Notes: generated by a model from the sequence alone, not told the origin. A DNA stretch of 62,660 bases from Bdellovibrionota bacterium (GCA_044356455.1 JBIKWF010000011.1:1-62660); one strand, 5' to 3'. Counted from the stretch's first letter, positions 47,432 to 56,978 are shown. Numbers and translations are program-made.

Positions 47432-47797
47432 GGGCGCCCTTCGAAATCTCATGTTGCGCACCCTTTGTTCCAAGATAACACCCGGGATCGAATGATCTTT
47501 TGCTGGCCTGAGACACGTTGCCTTGAGACGCCCATCCTCATTTGATTAGTCATTGACCGCGCGCTAGCCTCATCAATTCTAAAGATTTGTTCTTTATTAG
47601 TAATACCTTATCGGTAGTTGTGTTCAGGTACTGGTTTCTGTTTTGCCGCCCCTAAGGTTTCTTCTCCATGCGAAGATCTTGGGGACGGTAAAACAAAGTG
47701 TTTTGTTTCCGATCCAGCTGGATTTTGGCAAAAAGCCAGGATTCAGATTCAAGTGCCCAGTCGAAGAATCTCTTCGACAAAGAAGAAAGGAGCTCGC

Positions 47798-48520
47798 ATG
47801 AGCTCGTTTGAAGTTTGGAAGGCGTCCGCTCTTGATCGTTCTCGGGCCTTTGAGGCCTTCTTCGCACGCACGGGGATTGTCCCCATCGCGGCGACGAATC
47901 AGTGGGTCAAGCTGGGACTCCCCCCGGCGGCTCAGGGTCTTCCCACGGAAGTCCTGCGCTGGAACCCCAAGGCCGTGGACGGGGTCATGGTGCCCCAGTT
48001 CTACGTCCAGCTCGTCGGCCCCTTTGGCGCCGAGCTCCGGCTCGAGGAACCGGCCCTCGCGATTCGCATCCCTTCTGTTCCAGAGTACCGGGATGTGGAT
48101 GAGCAGGCCATCGATCCCACGAAGTTCGGTTACCCCGACTTCGCCAAGTGGGAAGGGGTCTGGGACAAGCAGGCTCCCGAGTTCTACCCGGAACAGATGA
48201 TCAAGGGGCTCGTCATCCGGAGAAGGCCGGGGCGTGCCACCGCAGACATCGTGCTCCGCACCTCGCTCGCGCCGCTCTTTAATCGCGGCATCGGGGTGGC
48301 CATCTCGGAGGATGGCGGAGTGGAGATCTCAGGGGAGAAGATCCCCGAGCTGCTTCAGGGTGCCTTCAAGACCTCCATGGCGGGAATCTCGGCGCTTTCG
48401 GCTCGATTCTGCCGGCTCACGTTCGAGAACAGGAACCGCGCGGGCAACTGTGACCTCGTGGCGGTGCTCGAAGACGCGCCAGACTTTGTGCAGGTGGACG
48501 AAGGCATCACGGCGGCCTAA
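47798..48520 (+). CDS. Hypothetical protein on a GC-rich segment
   Basis: AAGGAG upstream of ATG 47798; strong G/C third-position bias in this frame. Confidence 0.7.
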   Translation: MSSFEVWKASALDRSRAFEAFFARTGIVPIAATNQWVKLGLPPAAQGLPTEVLRWNPKAVDGVMVPQFYVQLVGPFGAELRLEEPALAIRIPSVPEYRDVDEQAIDPTKFGYPDFAKWEGVWDKQAPEFYPEQMIKGLVIRRRPGRATADIVLRTSLAPLFNRGIGVAISEDGGVEISGEKIPELLQGAFKTSMAGISALSARFCRLTFENRNRAGNCDLVAVLEDAPDFVQVDEGITAA

Positions 48521-48866
48521 GTGAGGCAGTGAACGGCAAGAAGATTCGTTTGAGCACGAGACAGATTGAGTCGTAATCCTGCGGTAATGCTTATGGCATG
48601 ACTGCATCACAAGGGATTCCGGCGGCGACTGCTCGATCTGGGTGCACCTAGGCGCTCGGAGTTTTGCTCTGCAATCTTTTGAATAGTGCTACTTCCATTT
48701 GGAAGAGCCTGTAAGATAGTTGGCCCCACGATGAAAGTTGTGAGTGGTTGATTTTCGTTTAAACGTAATAGAGGGATCGGCACAGGGCGTTGTAACGTGA
48801 GCACATTCTCACCACAGGTTTCCCACCTGAACACAACACCGACTCACATTTCTCCTTGGTCCACTC

Positions 48867-49241
48867 CTAAGGGAGAAAATGCATCGTCAACACCGCGCTC
48901 ATTAGCAACATAGCAGCCGCAGGAAGACTTTTCTTAATTGGGTCTTTTACTTTTGCATGCATGGATACGGCCCCGAGCATGAGAGCAACAATCGTAAGAG
49001 AAGCAGGGAGCCCGAGCTCAGGCATCCAAAGGGCTGCAAGAAGCAAAAGCGCAGAGGTAATTTTTAGGAACCCAATAAGCGTACAGAACCAGCCAGGCAG
49101 TCCATAAACAGCAAATTCCTCGCGAATCGTTTTGGCGTCTCCTCCGCGATAGGCGGTGCTAAGGTTTGCGCGCACGAGCCATACATTGAGCAGGCCGAGT
49201 CCGACGATCACCTGAAAGAGTACTGTTATCGCTTGTGACAT
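48867..49241 (-). CDS. DoxX-family membrane protein
   Basis: NVWLVR..YRGGDA..EEFAVYGLP..MHAKVKDP; AGGAG upstream of ATG 49241. Confidence 0.85.
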   Translation of the reverse strand: MSQAITVLFQVIVGLGLLNVWLVRANLSTAYRGGDAKTIREEFAVYGLPGWFCTLIGFLKITSALLLLAALWMPELGLPASLTIVALMLGAVSMHAKVKDPIKKSLPAAAMLLMSAVLTMHFLP

Positions 49242-49378
49242 GTAGCTCCTAAAAGGTTGTCTGGGGTGAATGAGGAGAATCGTGCTACCCTTCTTTAAGG
49301 AACGCAATAACTACTTTTCTTGGAGCCGCTATCCCACAACTAAATGAACCTATCGGACTACTCCTTCAATGCCGCTAC

Positions 49379-49696
49379 GTGGCCCAGTGCCTCTCTATTG
49401 TGGCCTTTGGGCTCTATGGAGCGGCCTGTTTTATGTCCCCCCATATAACCCGAGAATTTGAGCGCTATAAGCTCCCGCAGCTACAACGCCTCACGGGAGC
49501 ACTTGAAATTGCGGGTGCAGCCGGGCTCTTGGTCGGATTTTGGATCGATCCGTTAAGGATTCTTGCCGCGGGGTGCTTGGCAATGTTGATGGTCTTTGCC
49601 GTTCTTGCAAGATTGCGAATTCAAGATTCGCTGTTAGCTATGTCGCCGGCGATTTTTCTCTTTGGGCTGAATGTTTTTATTTCAGCGGTTCCCTAG
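49379..49696 (+). CDS. DoxX-family membrane protein
   Basis: YGAAC..EFERYKL..TGALEIAGAAGLL..RLRIQD. Confidence 0.8.
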   Translation: MAQCLSIVAFGLYGAACFMSPHITREFERYKLPQLQRLTGALEIAGAAGLLVGFWIDPLRILAAGCLAMLMVFAVLARLRIQDSLLAMSPAIFLFGLNVFISAVP

Positions 49697-49848
49697 AGTG
49701 GTGATTTGCAAATTCTCTTCAGAATTGTAAGGCTATTTTAACGCGAAGGACACGAAGATCGCGAAGGTAACCATTCGAATTTCTTCGCGATCTTCGTGTT
49801 CTTCGCGTTAATTAGGTTTTTCACAGAACTTCTAAATCACGACACTAG
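49693..49848. mobile_element. MITE-like element, family B
   Basis: TIR CTAGAGTGGTGATTT / AAATCACGACACTAG (13/15); internal palindrome TTAACGCGAAGGACACGAAGATCGCGAAG / CTTCGCGATCTTCGTGTTCTTCGCGTTAA. Confidence 0.8.
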
Positions 49849-49890
49849 GGGGCCGCTGAAAAACCTCCATACTCTTCAGAGGCTCCCTTG
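49845..49890. mobile_element. Internally deleted family-A element (ends only)
   Basis: CTAGGGGGCCGCTGAAAAACCTC...TCTTCAGAGGCTCCCTTG resembles both family-A ends. Confidence 0.65.
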
Positions 49891-49891
49891 C

Positions 49892-50545
49892 TTACTCAAG
49901 GGATTTTTTCCCCTTCGGCTTGATCCGCTTTACTCGCGGAAGCTCCGACGGAGAAACGCGTGGCGCTACCGATAGGGTGGGGGCGCGCACGGAAAGAGTA
50001 GACTTTAGATGCCCCGAAAGTGGGTCCAGGGCGGAGACGGCTGCCAGCGCACTTGCTGCCAGCGCCTCCGGCTCTAAAGATTCATAGCCCGCGGCGAGAG
50101 CACCAAGTGCAAATGCCTCGCCAGTTCCTAGGGCTGCATATTTTGGACATTCAATCACGCCTCGGGCGGAGTCGATGCGATACAGTCCAGAGCGGTTAGC
50201 AAGGAGCGCCGTCATAGGCGTCCACTCAAAGTCTTGTCCCTGCTGAAATGAGACAAACATGAAGCCATGGTTTCTTAGCGTGACGTGCATTTTAGAAAAG
50301 AAGGCGTGGATTTCTGTTCGGGAATCAAGAGCGGGGGGCTCTTTTCCTGCTACGGCCTCGAGTGCCGCTTCAAAGGCTGTCTGATAGCCCAGGGTCGAAT
50401 TTAGGGCGATAACCGAATCGCCAAGGCGAAAGAGGCAGCTAAGTCCCTTTGAAGTCTCGCCCGTAAGTGCGGGATCGCGCACGTTTACGCAATCTGCGCC
50501 AAGAATCACGCTATGTTCTTTTCGAATGCCAATTACTGTACCCAT
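49892..50545 (-). CDS. Proteasome-beta/HslV-like Ntn-fold protein (BPH-like), probably inactive
   Basis: MGTVIGIRK..VILGAD, LLANRSGLYRI, YAALGTGEAFALGAL. Confidence 0.7.
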   Translation of the reverse strand: MGTVIGIRKEHSVILGADCVNVRDPALTGETSKGLSCLFRLGDSVIALNSTLGYQTAFEAALEAVAGKEPPALDSRTEIHAFFSKMHVTLRNHGFMFVSFQQGQDFEWTPMTALLANRSGLYRIDSARGVIECPKYAALGTGEAFALGALAAGYESLEPEALAASALAAVSALDPLSGHLKSTLSVRAPTLSVAPRVSPSELPRVKRIKPKGKKSLE

Positions 50546-50588
50546 AGCCAAAGCTTAGCCTGCGTCTCGGCGCCTAGTCTAGAAGCTC

Positions 50589-50724
50589 TTAGGGGAACTC
50601 TGAAAAAGTCCACTCTGTGAACTCTGTGCCCTCTGTGGTTATTTTAAATTGCTGAAAACCACAGAGGACACAGAGATCACAGAGGGAAAAAATAAAATAC
50701 CGACGTTTTTGAGAGGTTCCTTAG
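50589..50724. mobile_element. MITE-like element, family A, copy 2
   Basis: TTAGGGGAACTCTGAAAAAGTCCAC(TCTGTG..)3...TTTTGAGAGGTTCCTTAG; opposite orientation to copy 1. Confidence 0.88.
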
Positions 50725-50818
50725 GTGACCTCTCGCAGACCCATCTTTTTAGCTTCGTAGTCTTAGGGTTGCCGGAAAATGATGCCCAGCATTCCCTTAG
50801 GCCCCATTCAGCGCTACC

Positions 50819-51835
50819 TTGCCCCCTGTGCTTATACTCCATCCTCATGGCCTCTATTGTCCCGCGGGTGACTTCTATATCGACCCCTCAGGCCCTGTGC
50901 GGCGTGCGGTAATTACGCATGCCCATGGCGATCATGCGCGGGCAGGGAGCCAGGCCTATCTGGCGCACCGCGCCTCGGTACCTGTTCTTCGCCACCGCCT
51001 AGGTCAAGGCATTCAAATTCAGAGCGTGGAATATGGCGAGACGCTTTATGAAAAGGGAGTAAAGATCTCTTTGCATTCTGCCGGGCACATTCCTGGCTCC
51101 GCCCAGGTGCGTATTGAGCATGAGGGGGAGGTTTGGGTTGTCTCAGGTGATTATAAGACAGAGGCTGACAAACTCTGTGAGCCATTTGAGCCCGTGCGCT
51201 GCGCTACCTTTATTTCTGAAGCAACCTTTGGACTTCCAATTTATAGATGGGCGCCTCCCGAGACTGTCTTTGCCGAGATTAACGAATGGTGGCGCGAGAA
51301 TGCTGCGCTTGGACGAGCAAGTGTCATGCAAGTGTACTCTCTAGGAAAGGCGCAGCGAATCTTGGCCTATGTGGATCGCACCATTGGACCTGTGGTGGCG
51401 CATCCTATCATACATGCCACCACGCGTGCCGTTGAGGCTGGTGGTACGCAGCTTCCGCCTTTGGTCCTTGCCTCCAAAGAAATGCCGCGAGAGGCCTTAA
51501 GGCGCGCACTTGTCCTTGCGCCGCCCTCGGCACGTGCAAGTGGCTGGCTTAAATCTCTGCCAAATCCAGCAGTCGCGAACGCCTCTGGGTGGATGATGGT
51601 GAAGAAGCTTCGAGATAGAGCGGCGGTAGATAGAACCTTTGTGCTCTCTGATCATGCTGATTGGGATGGCCTGCACTCAGCAATTCGCGCAACGGGAGCA
51701 GAGCGAGTGCTGCTGACTCACGGCTATAGCGCTCAGCTTGCGCGCGTTTTATGCGAGCAAGGGCTACGTGCGGAGGTTCTCGAGCAGTCACTCGGGCAGG
51801 GGAGCTCGCTTGAACGCAGCGAGGAGTCTGAATGA
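50819..51835 (+). CDS. Ligase-associated DNA damage response exonuclease (MBL/beta-CASP)
   Basis: GLYCPAGDFYIDP, THAHGDHAR, AGHIPGSAQ, SGDYK, YSLGKAQR, LSDHADW, THG. Confidence 0.92.
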   Translation: MPPVLILHPHGLYCPAGDFYIDPSGPVRRAVITHAHGDHARAGSQAYLAHRASVPVLRHRLGQGIQIQSVEYGETLYEKGVKISLHSAGHIPGSAQVRIEHEGEVWVVSGDYKTEADKLCEPFEPVRCATFISEATFGLPIYRWAPPETVFAEINEWWRENAALGRASVMQVYSLGKAQRILAYVDRTIGPVVAHPIIHATTRAVEAGGTQLPPLVLASKEMPREALRRALVLAPPSARASGWLKSLPNPAVANASGWMMVKKLRDRAAVDRTFVLSDHADWDGLHSAIRATGAERVLLTHGYSAQLARVLCEQGLRAEVLEQSLGQGSSLERSEESE

Positions 51836-53499
51836 AAGTTTTCTCAGCCCTCATCGAAAAGCTAGAAGTGAATACGGAGCGCTTGGCTCAAGAGCTCTTG
51901 CTTTCCTCTTACTTCCGGAACGCCAAAGCCGAGGATGCAATTTGGGCGATAGGACTACTCACGGGCAAAACGCCTAAGCGAAGCGCAACTTCGGGAGTTC
52001 TTCTCTCCCTTGCGGCTGAGGCCACGGGAGTTCCCACATGGCTTGCCGAGGAATGTTCGCGCGCCACTGAGGATATCGCCGAGGCCGCGGCGCTCATGTT
52101 CCACTCTCCTCGGCAATTAAGAGAGAATTCTCTCGCTCATTGGATGCAAGAGCTTCTTCGGATCGCGCAGCTTTCTTTAGAAAATGACAGGCCATCCGAA
52201 GAGACTTCCGTCGGAGGGGAAGTATCCCTGATTTCGCAGAATGCTCGGCAATCGGCAATTCTTGCGGTATGGGAGGCGCTTTCGAGCTCTGAACGAGTAG
52301 TCTTTAATCGATTACTTTGCGGCACCTTTCGGTCTCCCGTGACGGCTGCCTCGTGTATAGGGCCCTTGTCTGAAAAGTACGGAGCGCAGAGATCCGTTGT
52401 CGCTCGGCGTCTTGCGGGATTGTGGAGTCCAGAGAGTATCTCAATTAAGGATCTCTTCGATGCAGAATCTCTCGCAGTTACGGATCCCTCGTCCCCAAAG
52501 CCATTTCGCCAGTATCCAGTGCTGCGAGAAGAACCCGAGACCCTGGGAGATGCGGATCTATGGTTTGCAACACGCTTTTGGGGCGGCGTTCCTGCGCAGC
52601 TCGTTCGGCGCGTGGGGGAGTCTTTTCTTTGGGGCACTTCGGATGAACTTCTCACGGCAAAAGTCCCTGATATTTTGGACGAAGCCCGGCTACTTCCGGA
52701 AGGCACCGTGCTGTCCGGAGAGCTCGTGGCATTCTCCGAGGGAGTTCCGCAGCCGCGGCATGTACTTGATCAGAGGCTCAAACTTAAAAGAGTTTCAAAG
52801 GAGGTTCTAAGGAGAACCCCAGTGCGATTTATTATTTCTGATATCCTTGAATATCAAGGAGAGGATTTGTCGGGAGGGTGTCTGCAAGTTCGGCTCTCCG
52901 CGCTGAACGATCTGAGAGCGAAAACCGAAATTGGCCAAAGCATGCGCGTTGAAGAATCATGTGCGCTTGGCAGCTGGGACGAGTTTTCAACTAAGCTGGC
53001 GCAGGCGCGGGACTTGGGAGCGCGCGGTCTTGTCCTTCGTCATAGAGACTCTGTCTATCTTGACTCGGTTTCGAAGAACCTTTCTTTTCTGGCTGCACCC
53101 AATCCACGCTTTTTGAATGCGATTCTTCTTTACGCAGAGAAGGGTAAATACTCTCAAGATGGGCTTTTTGACGAGTTTACTTTTGCCGTTCAAGAGGGCG
53201 ACTCCTTGGTTCCGGTGGCGAAGATATCTGAGGGGATTTCTGAGGCCGAGCTTCTCTTTCTTCAAGGGTGGATCAAGTCGAATACAAAAGAGCGCTTTGG
53301 GCCGGTGAGAAGTCTTGAGCCTAAGCTTGTCTTTCGCCTTGGTTTTGAGTCCGTGGTTTCGTCCAGTCGCCACCGTAGCAAAATCGCGTTAATTGGGGCG
53401 CATGTGGTCGAAAGACTATCCGAGGCGGGGGAGGTGAGTGGCATTGAAGAGCTGCGAGAGGCATCTGGGAAGAACCCTGTTTCTGCGGACTTTTCCTAG
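51832..53499 (+). CDS. ATP-dependent DNA ligase homologue with catalytic motifs substituted
   Basis: Ligase architecture (DBD, NTase, OB: TKERFGPVRSLEPKLVF, SSRHRS); motif I reads WFATRFWGGVPAQ; ATGA-coupled to the exonuclease. Confidence 0.8.
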   Translation: MKVFSALIEKLEVNTERLAQELLLSSYFRNAKAEDAIWAIGLLTGKTPKRSATSGVLLSLAAEATGVPTWLAEECSRATEDIAEAAALMFHSPRQLRENSLAHWMQELLRIAQLSLENDRPSEETSVGGEVSLISQNARQSAILAVWEALSSSERVVFNRLLCGTFRSPVTAASCIGPLSEKYGAQRSVVARRLAGLWSPESISIKDLFDAESLAVTDPSSPKPFRQYPVLREEPETLGDADLWFATRFWGGVPAQLVRRVGESFLWGTSDELLTAKVPDILDEARLLPEGTVLSGELVAFSEGVPQPRHVLDQRLKLKRVSKEVLRRTPVRFIISDILEYQGEDLSGGCLQVRLSALNDLRAKTEIGQSMRVEESCALGSWDEFSTKLAQARDLGARGLVLRHRDSVYLDSVSKNLSFLAAPNPRFLNAILLYAEKGKYSQDGLFDEFTFAVQEGDSLVPVAKISEGISEAELLFLQGWIKSNTKERFGPVRSLEPKLVFRLGFESVVSSSRHRSKIALIGAHVVERLSEAGEVSGIEELREASGKNPVSADFS

Positions 53500-53632
53500 G
53501 GAACTTCTGAAAGAGTCCACTCTGTGAACTCTGTGCCCTCTGTGGTTGATTTAAATTGTAGAAAAACCACAGAGGACACAGAGATCACAGAGAGAAAAAA
53601 TAAGATATCGAGGTTATTCAGGGGTTCACTAG
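53496..53632. mobile_element. MITE-like element, family A, copy 3
   Basis: CTAGGGAACTTCTGAAAGAGTCCAC...TTCAGGGGTTCACTAG. Confidence 0.88.
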
Positions 53633-53778
53633 GTAAAAAGTGCCCATCAATTCATGGCGCGGCCGAACTTAAAATCCTGTTAAAGCTTTTAACTCGTGGT
53701 GCCGCTCTTCTTCTATAGGAGCCGCTGCTGTTTCACGCGCTCAAGGTGCCAATCAGCAGTGTAAAAAGGGGAAAGGAA

Positions 53779-54099
53779 ATGCTCCTTGCTTCGCGCCCAA
53801 ATGAATTCACCGTAAAACTCGAGCGCTACCTCGATGATTATCGAAAGGGGCGGGCGAGGCCCTCTGATCCGGTCCCTTCAGAATTAAAGCAGATTGCGGC
53901 AACTTCCTCCGAGACGCTCTCTCGCTCCAATCCCAAACTATCTTCACTCGCTGCCACCTATAGCTCTGGGCTTAGTTACGATCGCTACGCGCGATTTACC
54001 AATAGCATCGGAACTGCCTCGGAGACATTTAAGACGCTTCAGGATTTAGCTGATAAACTAGACGCCGCGAAGAAAAATCGCGTGAGTGTGAAGGTATAG
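53779..54099 (+). CDS. Hypothetical protein between two family-A MITEs
   Basis: AAGGA upstream of ATG 53779; helical 106-aa ORF. Confidence 0.55.
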   Translation: MLLASRPNEFTVKLERYLDDYRKGRARPSDPVPSELKQIAATSSETLSRSNPKLSSLAATYSSGLSYDRYARFTNSIGTASETFKTLQDLADKLDAAKKNRVSVKV

Positions 54100-54232
54100 G
54101 CACCCTCTGAAAAACCTCGATATTTTATTTTTTTCTCTGTGAACTCTGTGTGCTCTGTGGTTTTTCAAAAAACTTAAATCAACCACAGAGGGCACAGAGT
54201 TCACAGAGCAGACTTTTTCAGAGGTTCCCTAG
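54097..54232. mobile_element. MITE-like element, family A, copy 4
   Basis: TAGGCACCCTCTGAAAAACCTC...TTTTTCAGAGGTTCCCTAG, followed by a second CTAG. Confidence 0.88.
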
Positions 54233-54670
54233 CTAGCGCCTCACATTTGAACTAGGCACCGCAACTCGTTTCACCGCCGAATTAAGCTGTGCCACCTCAT
54301 CGGTAAGGCATACCACTTCAGCATTAATGTAAAGATTGCGTTTGCTGCAATAGTATCTTCGAGCAGTGCGAATCGTGGCTCGTCCGGCAGCTGCCTCTCG
54401 AGCGGTGATTTGCCTTCCAACGATTGCAGTATCCTGGGAGTCGCTTGTAAGACCACCATTGATGGTCACATAGCAGCCTTCGTATGCCCCTGGGTGGCGC
54501 ACCTTCACCATGAGCTTGCCATTGCCTTCAAAGACACCAGCCGTGATACGCGGCGTGCCGACTTCTGCGTAGGCCGCCGAGGTCATGCAGAAGGCCAAAA
54601 GTGATGCGCTTACGAGTAACTTAGCGGCACGAAGAACTGTGAACATGGTTGGGCCCTTATCTTTCATCAT
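54233..54670 (-). CDS. Hypothetical secreted protein
   Basis: Signal peptide ..MTSAAYA; small beta-rich domain with Cys. Confidence 0.65.
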   Translation of the reverse strand: MMKDKGPTMFTVLRAAKLLVSASLLAFCMTSAAYAEVGTPRITAGVFEGNGKLMVKVRHPGAYEGCYVTINGGLTSDSQDTAIVGRQITAREAAAGRATIRTARRYYCSKRNLYINAEVVCLTDEVAQLNSAVKRVAVPSSNVRR

Positions 54671-54827
54671 CAGGAGAGGTAATCGGCTCAGTAGGCACTA
54701 AGCTGAAGATTTGGAGGCGCGAGCTGAAGTCAGAAAAAATATGAGATTTGTATTAAACACTCGATTACGCAGTGGCATGCTTGGGAACCTCTGCCTGTGG
54801 CACGAGGCACGGTGGTAAGTTCTTGGT

Positions 54828-55014
54828 TAGGTAGGGCGCGCCGTTCCGCCTCTGCCAGTAGGCGACGGCGCGACGCGCGCCCTGGCGTGCCGAAACTTAT
54901 GCTGCGAGGCATCCACGGACCGGTTCTCTTGCACAACCAGCTCGGTGGACAAAAACATATTACGTGCCGAGACGTGAGATCTTGCGGCACCGCGGGGACG
55001 CGGCGCCCTACCTA
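54828..55014. repeat. GTAG-type REP doublet (REPIN-like)
   Basis: TAGGTAGGGCGC (54828-39) inverted to GCGCCCTACCTA (55003-14); GC-rich arms GGCGTGCCG / CGGCACC. Confidence 0.7.
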
Positions 55015-55070
55015 GATGCCGTTAATTACTTCTATGTAGCTCCTTGCCCTCAGAGGTGAGGCCCCGGACG

Positions 55071-56978
55071 CTAGCGAACTTTTGCGTTGACGGTGGACGA
55101 AGTACTGCCCGCAGAATTCGTGGCGGTAACTGTTATGCTGAGACGATTGCCACGCTTTGCTTTAACCAGGCCCGTTCCCTGATATCGTGATCCAGACACC
55201 CTGAGGCGAATATTCTTTAAGGTCTTGGTGCCTTTTTTAACCTCGGCCAACACGGAGGTGAGAGGGACGCTGCTTGAAATGGGAGCTTTTACGAGGATGC
55301 TCGCTTTCGCGCCAGAAACCTTGGCGGTTACCCTAATCCTGCCTAGTGATGGGACTGACGCCGCTGGCGGATCTGAGGGGGTAGTGGAGTCGTCAATCGC
55401 TGGGGGAGTGAGCGCGGATTGAGAGGAATCAAAAGCCCCGATTACTCGAGCCCCGCTACTCGCCCTTCCTGAAAAATCGCGAGCCAAGCTGTTACTTAAG
55501 TTTCCTTCAGCAGCCAGAGGACTTGCTTCCCGGTCGCCCCCGCTAAAGTTAGATAGTGCAGCGGGAGTGACGGATAAAACATTGCTGCTCGAGCTCGGAC
55601 GAAAATCGTCGGAGCTTGGCGCGCTAAGGCCAGGCTCCAAAGAATTAATAGTATTGTCCGCCGCAAGCCGAGCTGCGTTACACGTGCTATTTGAGTCCTG
55701 ACATCCCTGTTCTGAGTCCTCGATTCCTAGGGGAGTAGAACCAGTCCCGTTCCAGATAATATTGCCAGAGATTCTCACGTTAGTATCACTGCGCTGTGGA
55801 GAGGAGAGATTCGCGCCAGAAACCGGAGTTCGAGGCCCATAGATTGCAAAATGCTGCGGAGCCGTTACCCCAGAAGGGTTATAGATGATGTTGTTAAGTA
55901 TCATTACATTGCGGTTTCCAACGGGGTCTGGCGAAAGCCGCACTTGTCCCGGGCCCCAACCGCCAAGTGCGTTAAGCGCTGCACAGGTAGCATCACTTGC
56001 GCCATTGGTAGTGCCGTCGCAGGTGCGCTCACCAAACACTACTTCGACTAAGTGGGAGCGTGTTCCCACACGGTACGCAGTGTTGTGGGCAATGAGAGCG
56101 TTATAACCCCCATTAACCCCAAAAGCGGCGCCTTCAGTGTCGTGCACCACGTTGTTTATGAACTTCACATCGTACGCTTCATAATGGATCCAGGGAGAAG
56201 TCATGAACTGAAATCCACTCCCTTGGCCAATGGTAAATCCGCCCGTTCCGCAGTTGGAGAATTCATTTGATTCAATTCTAAGGTACGCCGAGCCGCCTTT
56301 TACGTAGGCGCACCAATCCTGTGCGTTGGAGACTTTGTTGCCGATGATATGCCCATATTGGACAGCGACAAAATCGATGTTGTTGTCGTCGGCGTTGGAG
56401 ATATTGTTGTTTTCCAAATACACGTACTGAGACTGGTTAATTTTGACCGTTTCGTGCGCCCCCCCTGAGGTAGAGCCGCCGTTAAGTGTGCAGCCTCGTA
56501 AGAGAATATGGTCGCAGCTCTCGCAGTGAAATGCGTCTCCAGCCGGAGCGGGGGTAATGTCAATATTTACCAGGTAAAAGTAAGAGACATTTGCCATGTT
56601 AATATCGCGCACGAACTTTACTGCCGTTTGTCCGGTTGCAGCTCGTAGAATTATTGGATGTGCGAAGGTTCCGCGTTTTAGTTCCCAATAATTGGGAAGC
56701 TCATCGCTGCCATAGTTCCCGTTCATTAAGTTAAAGCGGTAGCCTTGACTGAGGGTGGTCGAGTTTGGAATCTCACCCCAGGCTTTTTGGACTGTGCGCC
56801 ACGGGGAAGAGGTTGATAAGCCGCTATTGTCATCAGAACCGTTTGCCGGATCGATGTAGTAGTCGACGACACTTGGGGAGCCTATATTGTAAGCGTAAGG
56901 CGTGAGACTTTGAGCTGAGGCGGAGGCTGCAAAGGTAAGAAAAATGCTGAGAACGAGAGTCAAGGTAACGCTGGGCAT
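55071..56978 (-). CDS. Secreted right-handed parallel beta-helix (pectin-lyase-like) protein
   Basis: Signal peptide; YYIDPANGSDDNSG..PWRTVQKA; repeated I.NN/I.GN turns; C-terminal Ig-like domain. Confidence 0.85.
   Translation of the reverse strand: MPSVTLTLVLSIFLTFAASASAQSLTPYAYNIGSPSVVDYYIDPANGSDDNSGLSTSSPWRTVQKAWGEIPNSTTLSQGYRFNLMNGNYGSDELPNYWELKRGTFAHPIILRAATGQTAVKFVRDINMANVSYFYLVNIDITPAPAGDAFHCESCDHILLRGCTLNGGSTSGGAHETVKINQSQYVYLENNNISNADDNNIDFVAVQYGHIIGNKVSNAQDWCAYVKGGSAYLRIESNEFSNCGTGGFTIGQGSGFQFMTSPWIHYEAYDVKFINNVVHDTEGAAFGVNGGYNALIAHNTAYRVGTRSHLVEVVFGERTCDGTTNGASDATCAALNALGGWGPGQVRLSPDPVGNRNVMILNNIIYNPSGVTAPQHFAIYGPRTPVSGANLSSPQRSDTNVRISGNIIWNGTGSTPLGIEDSEQGCQDSNSTCNAARLAADNTINSLEPGLSAPSSDDFRPSSSSNVLSVTPAALSNFSGGDREASPLAAEGNLSNSLARDFSGRASSGARVIGAFDSSQSALTPPAIDDSTTPSDPPAASVPSLGRIRVTAKVSGAKASILVKAPISSSVPLTSVLAEVKKGTKTLKNIRLRVSGSRYQGTGLVKAKRGNRLSITVTATNSAGSTSSTVNAKVR

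Noticed and set aside
48607..48834. 75-aa minus-strand ORF after DoxX
   Set aside because: No recognisable motif, and the nearby AAGGAG leads to an immediate ATG-TGA; unsupported
50639..53718. Short ORFs 50639..50848, 50649..50912 and 53524..53718
   Set aside because: They translate the MITE itself (KTTEDTEITE, SVISVSSVV) and are repeat-derived
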